Source: a virus (Duplodnaviria; Caudoviricetes). From it: a stretch of 64,000 nucleotides of DNA. Location of the stretch: the IMG/VR virus record IMGVR_UViG_3300037507_002920, positions 1 to 64,000 of that record. The stretch is one strand, 5' to 3'. A program made the translations under genes and the position numbers. This document shows, piece by piece, positions 41,944 to 51,715 of the stretch. The stretch's first letter is position 1. Each line of letters starts with the position of its first letter. The notes beneath the pieces are model-generated. The model ran no database searches and had not been told where the DNA came from. It worked only from the letters and a program-made list of their open reading frames with translations.

Positions 41944-43676
41944 GATAAATCACAATCTCCTTTAATTATAAATTTTATGTTTAAAATAACATTATTTACA
42001 CCAAAATTAATTATAAAAACTTGATTTGATGGTATTGAATTAAAATTATTGAGATTAATTAAATTAAAATCATTTTCATTATACCATAAAGTTTCATTGA
42101 AATACATTAACCCTGAAATTCTTGCCGCCAATAAATAAGAATCGACAATTGTTATTTTTCCATCGTTATTAATATCTCCGGCTTTCATTTTTTTTCCATT
42201 ATTTAAAACTAATCCAATAGGTAATTGATTTGGTGTGTTTTCATTTTTTGATTCATTAAACAATAAATTGAAATCATTATTCGTTAATGAGTCAAAAAAT
42301 GAAGGAACTATTTTATAGGTTGAATTGTGTTTTGTTGGGTTTAAAACATATGAACCGTCAGCACTAACATTTATAGTTTGTAATAGTGTTTCCGTATTAT
42401 TCTCAACAAGATAAAATTTTAATTGTGGTCTGTTTAAAACATTATTGGGTATTGATATTGTTCCGCTTATTGTTTCAGAAATTGAAATGGTGGCAATTAC
42501 TTCAGTTCTTGTTGAACTAACACAACCCGTTGAAATATTTCTTGATTGAGCATAATATTTTGTTGTTTGTGAAATAAATGGTGTTGTAAATGTCGTATTC
42601 CCAACTAATATAGGGTTACCTCCCGTTAAATTTGAATACCAATCAACAGTTTGACCAACACCGACTATTGCGGATATGGTAACCGTACCACTACCCGTTC
42701 TACTACCATTTACACCGATTGGTTTTGATGGCTCTTGCAATGATGTACATGTAATTTGATGGGTCACAAAACCCGTATAAAAATCCGTAAAATTTTGTTC
42801 CGAAGGGTCTGACCATGTTCCAAATTCAACAACATATCCACTTATTGAACTAGGAAAAGAACTCGCCGGTGGACCGAAATCGTTCCAACAATTCCCACCA
42901 CCCCATTTTGTAACAGCATAATCTTCTCCACTTCCCCAATTATTTGGTTCACCACCACACCAGTTATTATATTTACCAGCAACATTTCCACCTGAATTTG
43001 ATGTCTTTATTATTGTACCATTTTCAGGACCAGCATCTATTACCCACACCCCTTCTTGTGATACGTCATTTAAAGCAAATAAGATGTTATTTCCGGGTAC
43101 ATTGGATTGTATAAAATTTTGTTCATCTTGTGATGTTATTGTTAAAAGATATCCTGTTTGTCCTTTAAATGTTTGTTGTGTCGATAATGTTTTAATATTG
43201 TTATATATCGAATGACTTGTCCCCGTATTTCCAGATGGCCAAGACATTGGTCTATAAAAGTGTCCATTTGTTGGTAAATAATAATACCCTGTTGGATTAA
43301 TTGTGGCACTTACTGCAATGTAAACGTTACCAGGTGATGAACCGGTATTTATTTTTAATGAACTTAATGTTGTGTTGATATTTGATTGGAGCCCAGTAAA
43401 ACTAATTCTCGTAAAATTTAACCAAGAAGAATACCCCGTACTTAAAGATACTCCCGTTGTTGATGTTAATGATAAAGTGGTACCTATTGGTGGATTTACT
43501 AAACCAATAGTGACAAGTAATGTTGAGGTTGAATTAAAGTTGGAAATTGAAAATCCACCAGCATTTTGATTTGATGTGTTTTGTGAAAAAGTTGTTGCAG
43601 ATGGTGATGTTATGTTTTGTGAAAAAACAAGGATTGGTGATAAAATTAAAATACATAAAAATATAATTTTTTTCAT
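41928..43676 (-). CDS. secreted protein with C-type lectin-like, Ig-like and dockerin-like domains
   Basis: signal peptide; NNWCGGEPNN..GEDYAV...WND; TVDWY..TFTTP..TKYYAQ..GCVS.TR; GDINNDGKITIVD. Confidence 0.7.
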   Translation of the reverse strand: MKKIIFLCILILSPILVFSQNITSPSATTFSQNTSNQNAGGFSISNFNSTSTLLVTIGLVNPPIGTTLSLTSTTGVSLSTGYSSWLNFTRISFTGLQSNINTTLSSLKINTGSSPGNVYIAVSATINPTGYYYLPTNGHFYRPMSWPSGNTGTSHSIYNNIKTLSTQQTFKGQTGYLLTITSQDEQNFIQSNVPGNNILFALNDVSQEGVWVIDAGPENGTIIKTSNSGGNVAGKYNNWCGGEPNNWGSGEDYAVTKWGGGNCWNDFGPPASSFPSSISGYVVEFGTWSDPSEQNFTDFYTGFVTHQITCTSLQEPSKPIGVNGSRTGSGTVTISAIVGVGQTVDWYSNLTGGNPILVGNTTFTTPFISQTTKYYAQSRNISTGCVSSTRTEVIATISISETISGTISIPNNVLNRPQLKFYLVENNTETLLQTINVSADGSYVLNPTKHNSTYKIVPSFFDSLTNNDFNLLFNESKNENTPNQLPIGLVLNNGKKMKAGDINNDGKITIVDSYLLAARISGLMYFNETLWYNENDFNLINLNNFNSIPSNQVFIINFGVNNVILNIKFIIKGDCDLSHSSN

Positions 43677-45091
43677 AAATTAACTTTACTACCTATCAGA
43701 AAAAAAGACAAAATAGGAAAGTTTGGTTTTGTACTCATATTTGCCTTATAATTCATGTTTAGTTTAAATCTTTTAGATATTTGATAATCTAACCCACTAC
43801 CAATAAAACCGCTTACGTATCTGTCTGTAATTGTTATTTTATCTTTTGTTGAATAAACCAAAGGAGTTGACATTACATATATTTCGGGTGACATCATAAA
43901 CCTTTTGTTGATTTGAAATGGTCTTGTGTAGAAAAAGGTGGCGGATGGTGAATAATATCCCGTCTTTTCTTTAGTAATGATAGAAGCTGCGGCACTTAAA
44001 TTTATACCAGTCACACCAAATTTTCCCGCATTTAATATACCACTGTACCCCAAAAACAATAAATAATTACCATATGTATAAACACCCGTCAAATTTAAAT
44101 TATGTATAAATTTTAAATTTTGACTTTTATCAAAATGTATTTTACTGTATTTTCCTGAAATTGCAAATTGTTTTAAGTTTAACCAAACCATGCTTGTTAC
44201 ACCATAATTTGATAAACCAGTCATTGAAGACCTACTTGTTCCAATATTTATTATTCCCGTAAACTTACCATCTAAATTTTGTGCGGACGTTAAATCTGAA
44301 GAAACAATAATTGGGTTACTATTTGAACCACCACCTCTGTTACTACTTCTCTTTCCCGAACCACCATCGTTTGATGAATTATTATTTTTTTCAGTTTGAC
44401 TATCTAAATTTATTGTTGTTGTCGCAACAACTTCTTCTCCGTTCGTTTCAGAATTATTTGAATTATTTACAGTCGATTTAGTCGATGGATTTCTTGTTTG
44501 TGTTGAATTATTTGGTTTTCCATTCGTTCCACCACCATTTGAAGTTCCATTTCCTTGACCATTATTTGTTCCTCCAGATGACCCACCATTTGATTGATTT
44601 GGTGGGGGTCCTCCATTTCCTTGATTTGAAGAACCATCTCCATTATTCCCTGTAGTATTATTACTTCCATTGTTTTGTGTATTATTACTTTCTTCGTCAT
44701 TCTCTGTTGAATTACCACCAGATTGGTTAGACGACATTATTGAACCAACTACCGATTGTACAACACCTCCAATTATTTGGCTAGTTATTTGATTTTGGGT
44801 TACTTGAGATTGTTGTTGTGAACATGGACTTATTTGTCTGTATTCACCATAAACTTGATTTATCCAATTTGAAAATGTTCCATTTAATAAATCGTTACTA
44901 TCAAAATAACCTATTTTATTTAAAAAAATTATTGTTGTTTTACCACCTTGTAACGGGACACTAAAAATTGTAACTTCTTTTGTACATGGGTCAATAAAAG
45001 TGTATGTTGTTATTTGTGCTGTTGATATTTTAGAAAATATTATAAATAATAATATTAAAGATACTTTTATAATATTTTTTAATATCATCAC
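43673..45091 (-). CDS. secreted protein with G/N/S-rich linker and probable C-terminal outer-membrane beta-barrel
   Basis: signal peptide; alternating amphipathic strands ending FFLIGSKVNL. Confidence 0.55.
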   Translation of the reverse strand: MMILKNIIKVSLILLFIIFSKISTAQITTYTFIDPCTKEVTIFSVPLQGGKTTIIFLNKIGYFDSNDLLNGTFSNWINQVYGEYRQISPCSQQQSQVTQNQITSQIIGGVVQSVVGSIMSSNQSGGNSTENDEESNNTQNNGSNNTTGNNGDGSSNQGNGGPPPNQSNGGSSGGTNNGQGNGTSNGGGTNGKPNNSTQTRNPSTKSTVNNSNNSETNGEEVVATTTINLDSQTEKNNNSSNDGGSGKRSSNRGGGSNSNPIIVSSDLTSAQNLDGKFTGIINIGTSRSSMTGLSNYGVTSMVWLNLKQFAISGKYSKIHFDKSQNLKFIHNLNLTGVYTYGNYLLFLGYSGILNAGKFGVTGINLSAAASIITKEKTGYYSPSATFFYTRPFQINKRFMMSPEIYVMSTPLVYSTKDKITITDRYVSGFIGSGLDYQISKRFKLNMNYKANMSTKPNFPILSFFLIGSKVNL

Positions 45092-45129
45092 TCATTTTCT
45101 TTAAAAGAAGATATTAGAATCTGTCTTTG

Positions 45130-45894
45130 TTAATTAGGGAAAACACCCTTTTTTATCATTCTCAATAGTATTCTACAACATGCAATGTCTAATGCTTTTT
45201 TAGTGCTTATACCAATAGTTGATTGGTTAAATTTAACATCACTTAAATTATCGTCGTTTATTAAACTTAATTCTCTTACCGTTTTAGCTTCACCCAAACC
45301 ACTTGCAGCGATTATTTGGCCTGTTTCTGCATCGGTAAATCTAACCTGTAAACCTAATCTTGTAACCACAGTATTTTTTACGCCATCAGACAAGTTAACA
45401 GTCTCATCTTCACTTATTGAAAAATCATAAACTTCAATACTAACAAAATAGTGTGCTAAACGAATTTTACCCCTACCATCTAAAGTATCTGCACTTATTC
45501 CAGCTTGAGACGCTTGGAATTGTTTAACCATTCTGTTTTTTATTTCGGTTTTATCTTCGGTAAAAGTAAATCTATTTAGATTTTCCAAGTACTCCAATGT
45601 GATATTTGCAACACCCAAACCAACTTTTTTTTCTTTTAATTCTGGGTATTGTTCATAAACTTCATCATTTATACCTATTTTCAAAATTTGAATAGGAATT
45701 TGTGGTCCCTCATAATCCATTAATGAATCAATATTTACACTTGTTTCAAATGACGCTTTGTATTGCTCTGTTTGTGTTTTACCAATAACTTGTGCAGATG
45801 CAACATCAAACATTAATATCGTCATTATGATAACCCAAAATAGAAATACTAAAATTGGTAGTAAATATTTTTTCATTTTGATTATGTTATTCAT
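45130..45894 (-). CDS. CsgG/HfaB-like envelope protein
   Basis: LGVANITLEYLENLNRFTFTE and LGLQVRFTDAETGQIIAASGLGEA follow the CsgG pattern. Confidence 0.55.
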   Translation of the reverse strand: MNNIIKMKKYLLPILVFLFWVIIMTILMFDVASAQVIGKTQTEQYKASFETSVNIDSLMDYEGPQIPIQILKIGINDEVYEQYPELKEKKVGLGVANITLEYLENLNRFTFTEDKTEIKNRMVKQFQASQAGISADTLDGRGKIRLAHYFVSIEVYDFSISEDETVNLSDGVKNTVVTRLGLQVRFTDAETGQIIAASGLGEAKTVRELSLINDDNLSDVKFNQSTIGISTKKALDIACCRILLRMIKKGVFPN

Positions 45895-46463
45895 TCTTCG
45901 TCTTTTATTTTACCACATTTTAAACACTCTAAATCACCGTCATTGTCTGAATCACCCCAAACGTGTTCACATTGTCTGTGTGTGAAATATTCATCAATGA
46001 TACCGTCATTATCGAAATCTAAACCATCCATAATACCATCACCATCCTCATCGATTTCTACACCAACTTTTTGTTCATTATTTGATTTCGTTTCAGTACT
46101 TTCTAAATCAAGAATGGGTTTAGATGGTGTTGATGGTTTTGGTGAATCTGGTATATCCGATGTATTTGATAACGAAGTACCATCCTCTTCATCCATTTTT
46201 TGAACTAACATTTTATCCTTATCAGTATCACTGAACCAATAGTCAATGATTTTACCGTAGGAACCAATGAAAGCACCAAGAAGTAAAAGAAGAAGTTCTT
46301 TCCATTCTCCACTTATGGCACTTTGTTCAAATATGGCCAAAAATATTCCACCCATAATTAACATGAACCCACCAAGAACTATGGCGGTTATAAACCACCT
46401 TCTTTTCATCATTGAATTTAGAAGTTCTCTAAATCCAGTGTTTTGAGAATTATCATTTACCAT
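45891..46463 (-). CDS. two-TM membrane protein with DxDxDG calcium-binding repeats
   Basis: two hydrophobic helices; DEDGDG, DFDNDG, DSDNDG; C-terminal CxxC. Confidence 0.6.
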   Translation of the reverse strand: MVNDNSQNTGFRELLNSMMKRRWFITAIVLGGFMLIMGGIFLAIFEQSAISGEWKELLLLLLGAFIGSYGKIIDYWFSDTDKDKMLVQKMDEEDGTSLSNTSDIPDSPKPSTPSKPILDLESTETKSNNEQKVGVEIDEDGDGIMDGLDFDNDGIIDEYFTHRQCEHVWGDSDNDGDLECLKCGKIKDEE

Positions 46464-46804
46464 GCTGGTGGGGTTTCTTTAAATTCATCACCTTCTTTTT
46501 TCTTCGGAGCAGGTGCGGGTTTATTGTTATTTTCTGGTTGCTTTTCAATAACTCTTTCTTTTATGATAGTTGTTCCACCACCCGAGTTATTTTGTTGTTG
46601 AGTGTTATTATTTTCTAAATTAAGATTAATAACTGGTGCGGGTGCAACCTGTTCTGTTTTAGTTTCTTCTTTATCGTCCCCTCCACCACCAAATAGAGTT
46701 GTGGATACCCACACACCACCACCTGTGACAATGGTTGCTAATGTACCTACGATGGTTTTTTTCAAACCACCCCAAGAGCCGTCGTTTTCTGTTTCTTCAC
46801 TCAT
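46457..46804 (-). CDS. single-TM membrane protein
   Basis: N-terminal hydrophobic helix, low-complexity tail. Confidence 0.55.
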   Translation of the reverse strand: MSEETENDGSWGGLKKTIVGTLATIVTGGGVWVSTTLFGGGGDDKEETKTEQVAPAPVINLNLENNNTQQQNNSGGGTTIIKERVIEKQPENNNKPAPAPKKKEGDEFKETPPAW

Positions 46805-46808
46805 GATT

Positions 46809-48716
46809 TTATACTTTTATAAATTGTTTAGTTAATTGTTTATTATAATTATTCAGAATTAGAAAATAATTTCCATTAGAAGCGTATGTCATATCAATTT
46901 GTTTATATGCGACCGTTTCCATTGGATTTGTTATAACTTGTCCTACGTTTTGAATCAACTTACCTCTGATATCATAAATAGATGCGTCCATAAACATATT
47001 TTGATTTGGAAATTTAACTTCTAATTCAAACCAACCTGTTGTTGGGTTTGGTCTTATCGATGCTGTTATTTCTTCAACAACTTGATGGGTCTGTGGAATT
47101 GACCTATAACTTAAAACTGCGATTTGGTTTTGTAACTCAATATTTAAGTGGTCACCATTTTCGTCCGAGGCATCCATCAATTCTCTAATTTGAATATTTG
47201 TTACGATATCCTCACCACCAATTGGTGAAAATTTAAGTTTAAAAGGTGTCGATTGACCAATTAAACCGTCTCTTTGTTGATTATTCATTCCGCCAAACCT
47301 AACAGTACCTGATAGTTCATCGTGTGTCACATATTGTAACCATGGGCCACCATTAAAATTGGACACGATTTCTTCAAATTTAACTTTTGTTCTGTCATAC
47401 TTCATTTCAAATTGTAGTCCATAGTTATTATCCCCATTTGTGTTTATGTTAAATGGAACATATAACGATGGATTACCAACAGAATATGTGTTTGGTATGT
47501 TAATATCTAATTTACCTTTATAAATTGCTCTGGCAACTAAATTACCATTACTATCCCACACTCTTGAAGAGAATGTTCTATCAACATCACCTTGTATAAA
47601 GTATTTAATATTCACAACCAAATTTTCGTTACCAACACTATCCGTGATAAAGTTTGTTGTGTTTAAAAAATTAGGCCAAATAGACCATTGGTTTTGACCT
47701 AAAACTAAGTTATCATAATCAGATGCTTTAAACACTCTAATCATGTTCGTAGTATCTATTTTTCTTAAACCACTAACATTTGCGTATATCAAATACGGGT
47801 CACCACCATCTAAATTACCATTTCCATTTAAATCAGCAATCAAATAAGATAAACCATTTTTCAAATAAAATCTTGAATACGTTTGATTAACGTCTGTTCT
47901 TGTAAATTCATCATATGTTTTTACGGCATCTGATATCGTTACCGCATAATCTCTGAAAGTTTCCATACTATCAGATGGGAATCTTAAAAGTAATTTATAT
48001 CTAGTGTTTCTATCAACATTATTTAAACTATAGTTACCTGAAGTATCACATAAAGAAGAAGACACAAACTCACCAGTGTTTAATTTAGTACATATAACCA
48101 TTGGTCTTCTACCATCTAATTTCATAGTCGGTGGAAGTTCAACATTACCACTTATAACCAAGTTACCACCCAAATCTAACTTCATACTCTTGTAAGTCAA
48201 ATTCGCTACGTTATCACCAATACTTGTACCGTCTTTTTTAAACAATCTAACCCAGTTCACGTGTACACTATCTTCCACGAAATTGGATTGAACATTGTTA
48301 ATTAAAAATTTATTGTGAATGATGTATATTGCTCCTGAAATTTGAGAACCACTTGATAATACTAAAAAGTTTCTAGCGACGGTCCAATTTGTGTCATTAA
48401 CATACCCATATAAACCCGTTGCTGGACTATATGAACCATACTTAAAGTTATCATATTCGTTATATGATATTGCCGGTGTCATGGTATTAACACTATTATC
48501 CACAGTTGTTGAAACGTGTGTAAATAAATCCTTCTTAAATTGGAAATCGATTTGAAACGACCTTACATCTTTTGTTGGGTCGGGGATGTATTGAAATATT
48601 ACATCTAACGTATCGTTTCTTCTTATTGTAGATAATTGTTGAAAATTACCTACGCTCTGTGAATAACCTACATAGGTTATCATCATTAACACAAATGTTA
48701 AAATTAGTTTTTTCAT
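46809..48716 (-). CDS. T9SS type-A cargo protein with cohesin-like and dockerin-like domains
   Basis: signal peptide; ADLNGNGNLDGGD; GLQFEMKYD...VRFGG; C-terminal IRPNPTTG...IYDIRGKLI...GNYFL...KQFIKV is a T9SS CTD pattern. Confidence 0.78.
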   Translation of the reverse strand: MKKLILTFVLMMITYVGYSQSVGNFQQLSTIRRNDTLDVIFQYIPDPTKDVRSFQIDFQFKKDLFTHVSTTVDNSVNTMTPAISYNEYDNFKYGSYSPATGLYGYVNDTNWTVARNFLVLSSGSQISGAIYIIHNKFLINNVQSNFVEDSVHVNWVRLFKKDGTSIGDNVANLTYKSMKLDLGGNLVISGNVELPPTMKLDGRRPMVICTKLNTGEFVSSSLCDTSGNYSLNNVDRNTRYKLLLRFPSDSMETFRDYAVTISDAVKTYDEFTRTDVNQTYSRFYLKNGLSYLIADLNGNGNLDGGDPYLIYANVSGLRKIDTTNMIRVFKASDYDNLVLGQNQWSIWPNFLNTTNFITDSVGNENLVVNIKYFIQGDVDRTFSSRVWDSNGNLVARAIYKGKLDINIPNTYSVGNPSLYVPFNINTNGDNNYGLQFEMKYDRTKVKFEEIVSNFNGGPWLQYVTHDELSGTVRFGGMNNQQRDGLIGQSTPFKLKFSPIGGEDIVTNIQIRELMDASDENGDHLNIELQNQIAVLSYRSIPQTHQVVEEITASIRPNPTTGWFELEVKFPNQNMFMDASIYDIRGKLIQNVGQVITNPMETVAYKQIDMTYASNGNYFLILNNYNKQLTKQFIKV

Positions 48717-49207
48717 AGTAATAAATTATTTAATAGTGTTTGAGTTGTTTTTTTTATTGCTGAACTGGCAGATTGTTGATTAAATTTACCACCTTCATCA
48801 ATAATGATTGTTGAAGTTGATATTTCTGTCGATTTCCCTTCCGAAAATTCTTGTTTTATTTTTTTATCTCCTTTGTATAGAATCCCTTTCATTCTAATTA
48901 CCGTCGTTGTTTTATCTTGATGGAAAACACTAATACCGGAGTTAACCTTAATAATATCAAAAAATATTAGTTCAATTTTTATTTTATATTCTGACGTTGA
49001 TTTGTCTCCAACCAAATAAAATTTATCCTGTTCGTTTATAATTTCTTCAGCAATATTTTTAACTCCAAATGCCAAATTTTTATTTTCAGTAAATGGACCT
49101 ATTTTTATGTTGTTGATTACCGTATCAACAACAAGACTTTGGGCGTTAAGATTATTTAACCCCAATAAAAGAAAAAATAAAACGGTAAGTATATATGGTT
49201 TTTTCAT
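48713..49207 (-). CDS. secreted protein, CsgG-like
   Basis: signal peptide; FGVKNIAEE and FNQQSASSAIKK parallel LGVANITLE and FNQSTIGISTKK of 45130..45894. Confidence 0.45.
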   Translation of the reverse strand: MKKPYILTVLFFLLLGLNNLNAQSLVVDTVINNIKIGPFTENKNLAFGVKNIAEEIINEQDKFYLVGDKSTSEYKIKIELIFFDIIKVNSGISVFHQDKTTTVIRMKGILYKGDKKIKQEFSEGKSTEISTSTIIIDEGGKFNQQSASSAIKKTTQTLLNNLLL

Positions 49208-49209
49208 TT

Positions 49210-49464
49210 TTATTCAGATACATTGTCTTCAAATTTCCTTTTATGTGAAAACTTATCCAAAGTATCGGCACCCATTCCTATCGCGGTTATAATCATTACT
49301 GCGTTTACCAAATCCTCAGATGGTTTAATATCACCATGAGAAAATGAATTAGCTAACATAGTACCACATAGAAAAGTTGAACCTAAAAATGCGATTACGG
49401 GTTTTATAGAAGTAGAACCTCTCTCGTCTTTAAATAAGTCTACAATCCAATTTTTGAAAGTCAT
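49210..49464 (-). CDS. small two-TM membrane protein (holin-like)
   Basis: 84 aa, two hydrophobic segments, charged C-terminus; TATTTAT motif at about 49507. Confidence 0.5.
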   Translation of the reverse strand: MTFKNWIVDLFKDERGSTSIKPVIAFLGSTFLCGTMLANSFSHGDIKPSEDLVNAVMIITAIGMGADTLDKFSHKRKFEDNVSE

Positions 49465-49606
49465 AGTTATAATTTATGTTTGGTTTATTTATCATGTTTG
49501 GTTAACAATAAATATCCCGGCAATTTTATTTTTCATATATATTTAAAAAATTATATATGACATTTTTTTGTTTTTTAGTTTTTATTATGTATATTTGTCA
49601 CCTAAT

Positions 49607-49679
49607 GACTCTGTAGCTCAGTTGGTAGAGCAATACACTTTTAATGTATGGGTCGGCAGTTCGAACCTGCCCAGGGTCA
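49607..49679 (+). tRNA. tRNA-Lys(UUU)
   Basis: GACTCTG/CAGGGTC acceptor stem, ATACA-CTTTTAA-TGTAT anticodon arm, GTTCGAAC T-loop; no encoded CCA. Confidence 0.95.
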
Positions 49680-49697
49680 CATTAATTATGAAACAAT

Positions 49698-49771
49698 GCT
49701 CCTGTCGTCTAACTGGTTAGGACATCCCCCTTTCACGGGGAAGCTTGTGGGTTCGAGTCCCATCGGGAGTA
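49698..49771 (+). tRNA. tRNA-Glu(UUC)
   Basis: GCTCCTG/CGGGAGT acceptor stem, TCCCC-CTTTCAC-GGGGA anticodon arm, GTTCGAGT T-loop. Confidence 0.92.
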
Positions 49772-49790
49772 CTAAAAATATTTTTAAAAA

Positions 49791-50033
49791 ATGATACAAA
49801 AAATTTTAGACATCTATCCTGATGAGGATATTTTAATGGCCGACGGTTTCGACGATGCAATAATAGGTATCGAAACAAAAACAATGAGATTAATCTATTC
49901 TGTTAGTAAGTGTATTGATGTACTGACAAAACAAGGTATGAGTGAAATGGATGCCGTTGAATACTTTGAATTTAATGTTTCTGGTTCATATGTAGGAGAA
50001 AAAACACCGATATGGTGTGAAGACTATATTTAA
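49791..50033 (+). CDS. hypothetical phage protein
   Basis: 80-aa ORF (ADGFDDAIIG...EYFEFNV.GSYVGEKTP). Confidence 0.65.
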   Translation: MIQKILDIYPDEDILMADGFDDAIIGIETKTMRLIYSVSKCIDVLTKQGMSEMDAVEYFEFNVSGSYVGEKTPIWCEDYI

Positions 50034-50077
50034 TATTTGAAATCATTAGTTTTTTGTGTATCTTTATATAAAAAAAT

Positions 50078-50162
50078 GCCATCGTGTCGTAATTGGTAGC
50101 CGATACAGACTTAAACTCTGTTGGGAGTAATTCCCGTACCGGTTCGAGTCCGGTCGGTGGTA
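50078..50162 (+). tRNA. tRNA-Leu(UAA)
   Basis: GCCATCG/CGGTGGT acceptor stem, ACAGA-CTTAAAC-TCTGT anticodon arm, long variable arm GGGAGTAATTCCC. Confidence 0.93.
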
Positions 50163-50169
50163 CAAAGTT

Positions 50170-50241
50170 GGGCCCATAGTTAAAGGGATATAACCACAGA
50201 TTTCTAATCTGTTATTCCTAGTTCGAGTCTAGGTGGGCCTA
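50170..50241 (+). tRNA. tRNA-Arg(UCU)
   Basis: GGGCCCA/TGGGCCT acceptor stem, ACAGA-TTTCTAA-TCTGT anticodon arm, CTAG-TTCGAGT-CTAG T-arm. Confidence 0.93.
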
Positions 50242-50261
50242 CTATATTTATATTATAAGTT

Positions 50262-50723
50262 ATGAAAAATTTTAAAACACTACACGGAATACCGATAGAT
50301 AATATAATAGAATATATAAGAAATTTTTTATTAGAAAAACCTGACACCGAAATATTAATTGGGTCAGATTCTCAATCATTTGGTAATTTTAAAACGGTGT
50401 ACGGTACTGTTATCGCTTTATACATGAAAGGTAAAGGTGCCCATATTTTGTGCACAAAAGAAACCACACCATTTGAAAAAGAGATGTCAGTTAGATTAAT
50501 TAATGAAGTTTGGAAAGCCATAGAAGTTGCTGAGTTTTTAAGAAATAACGATTTACCTAAAGTAACGTGGATTGATATCGATTTAAACCCAGACCCAAAG
50601 TTTAGGTCAAACAAGGTATTAAGACAGGCTGTTGGTTTGGTTCAAGGTATGGGATATAAGGTTAGATACAAACACAATGGGGCTATGACTACCTACGGAG
50701 CCAATCATTTAGTGAGACTTTAA
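50262..50723 (+). CDS. RNase H-like YkuK (DUF458) family protein
   Basis: ILIGSDSQ, RLINEVWKAIEVA and IDIDLN motifs. Confidence 0.75.
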   Translation: MKNFKTLHGIPIDNIIEYIRNFLLEKPDTEILIGSDSQSFGNFKTVYGTVIALYMKGKGAHILCTKETTPFEKEMSVRLINEVWKAIEVAEFLRNNDLPKVTWIDIDLNPDPKFRSNKVLRQAVGLVQGMGYKVRYKHNGAMTTYGANHLVRL

Positions 50724-50754
50724 AAAAAAAAATAAAAAAAAATTTTAAAAATGC

Positions 50755-50844
50755 TTGACTTGTATTGATTTCTTTCGTATCTTTGTAAAAGATTTGATAC
50801 TTATGGTTTAGACCATGATTTGAAAAATCAATCGTTCTTTGAAA
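50755..50844 (+). promoter_or_regulatory. Bacteroidota sigma-A-type promoter followed by a boxA-like element
   Basis: TATCTTTG at 50778-50785 (TAnnTTTG -7 box) with TTG upstream; GTTCTTTGAAA at 50834-50844. Confidence 0.6.
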
Positions 50845-50850
50845 ATTTAA

Positions 50851-51650
50851 AAATAGGGCCGTCTATGGTCCTTAAATAAACCACGAAAGTGGTATAAAGT
50901 GACTCACTCGGTTAGATGAGTTGCGGCTTTCGAAAGAGAGCTCGAGTAGACAAACGAGATATCGTTTAACCTTGAGTAACGAGGGTGACACTGTAGTGAA
51001 AGTGGTAAAACGAATGGGGGATGCGGGTCCTTCATTTGAGGTGGGAACACCAATAAGAATAACTCGTAGGATTTATGTGAGAAACATAGTCATCCAACTA
51101 TGTAATCGCGTGATTCAATATGATGGGAATCTTAAAACCGAAAGGTATGACTTTGTACAGGTGGTGCTGTTATTGTCCTTGATTTGAACCTACCAAGGTT
51201 CTTTTCTTGAAGGAGTCCAAAAATATGGAAATCGGGAGATTTCAGAGGGTAGTTTAGTATCGTGTTGTTCAAAAGATGACATGGCTGGTCGATGAGCCAC
51301 TACCTTCATAATCCGCAAACCAAAAAACTTGTTATTTTGATTAACAAAATCTAATAAAAAGGAAAAGTGCTCATCAGTCGTCGGAAACAGGTGACTACTT
51401 AGTAATGAAACGTTCATTGCCGTAGAGGGTCCCAAGCCCGATACGATTTTTAAGAAAGTCCTCTAACCCCGCAAGGGTTAATTGGGAAGGCATTCTCGAG
51501 GAGTGATTAGTATTGAGAGAGTATCCGATGACTCAAGGATTGGTTAATCTAATTGGCCGTCACTGGTTGGTACAACTCAAAAGGTTGTGGATATAAAGGG
51601 AAACAATAATCCTTTTAAAGTCAACTAATAAAACATGTAATCTCAGTGTT
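50851..51650 (+). ncRNA. large structured ncRNA, about 800 nt, GOLLD-like
   Basis: GC content above flanks, no credible ORF, GNRA-capped stems (CCAC-GAAA-GTGG, ACC-GAAA-GGT, CCC-GCAA-GGG), beside tRNAs, ends before a T-run; ends approximate and family not confirmed. Confidence 0.65.
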
Positions 51651-51715
51651 TTTTTTTTCTTGATTTAAAATCAAGTGGTGGAGCAAAGAGTCGAAAGGCC
51701 CTCAACAATTAATTA

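Noticed and set aside
50170-50241. Possible amber suppressor tRNA (CTA in the loop) and stop-codon recoding
   Set aside because: The 7-nt loop TTTCTAA centres on TCT (Arg), and core genes are full length in the standard code
50921-51435. ORFs 50921..51187 (+) and 51190..51435 (-)
   Set aside because: They lie within the structured RNA, have atypical composition and non-ATG or weak starts; probably chance frames
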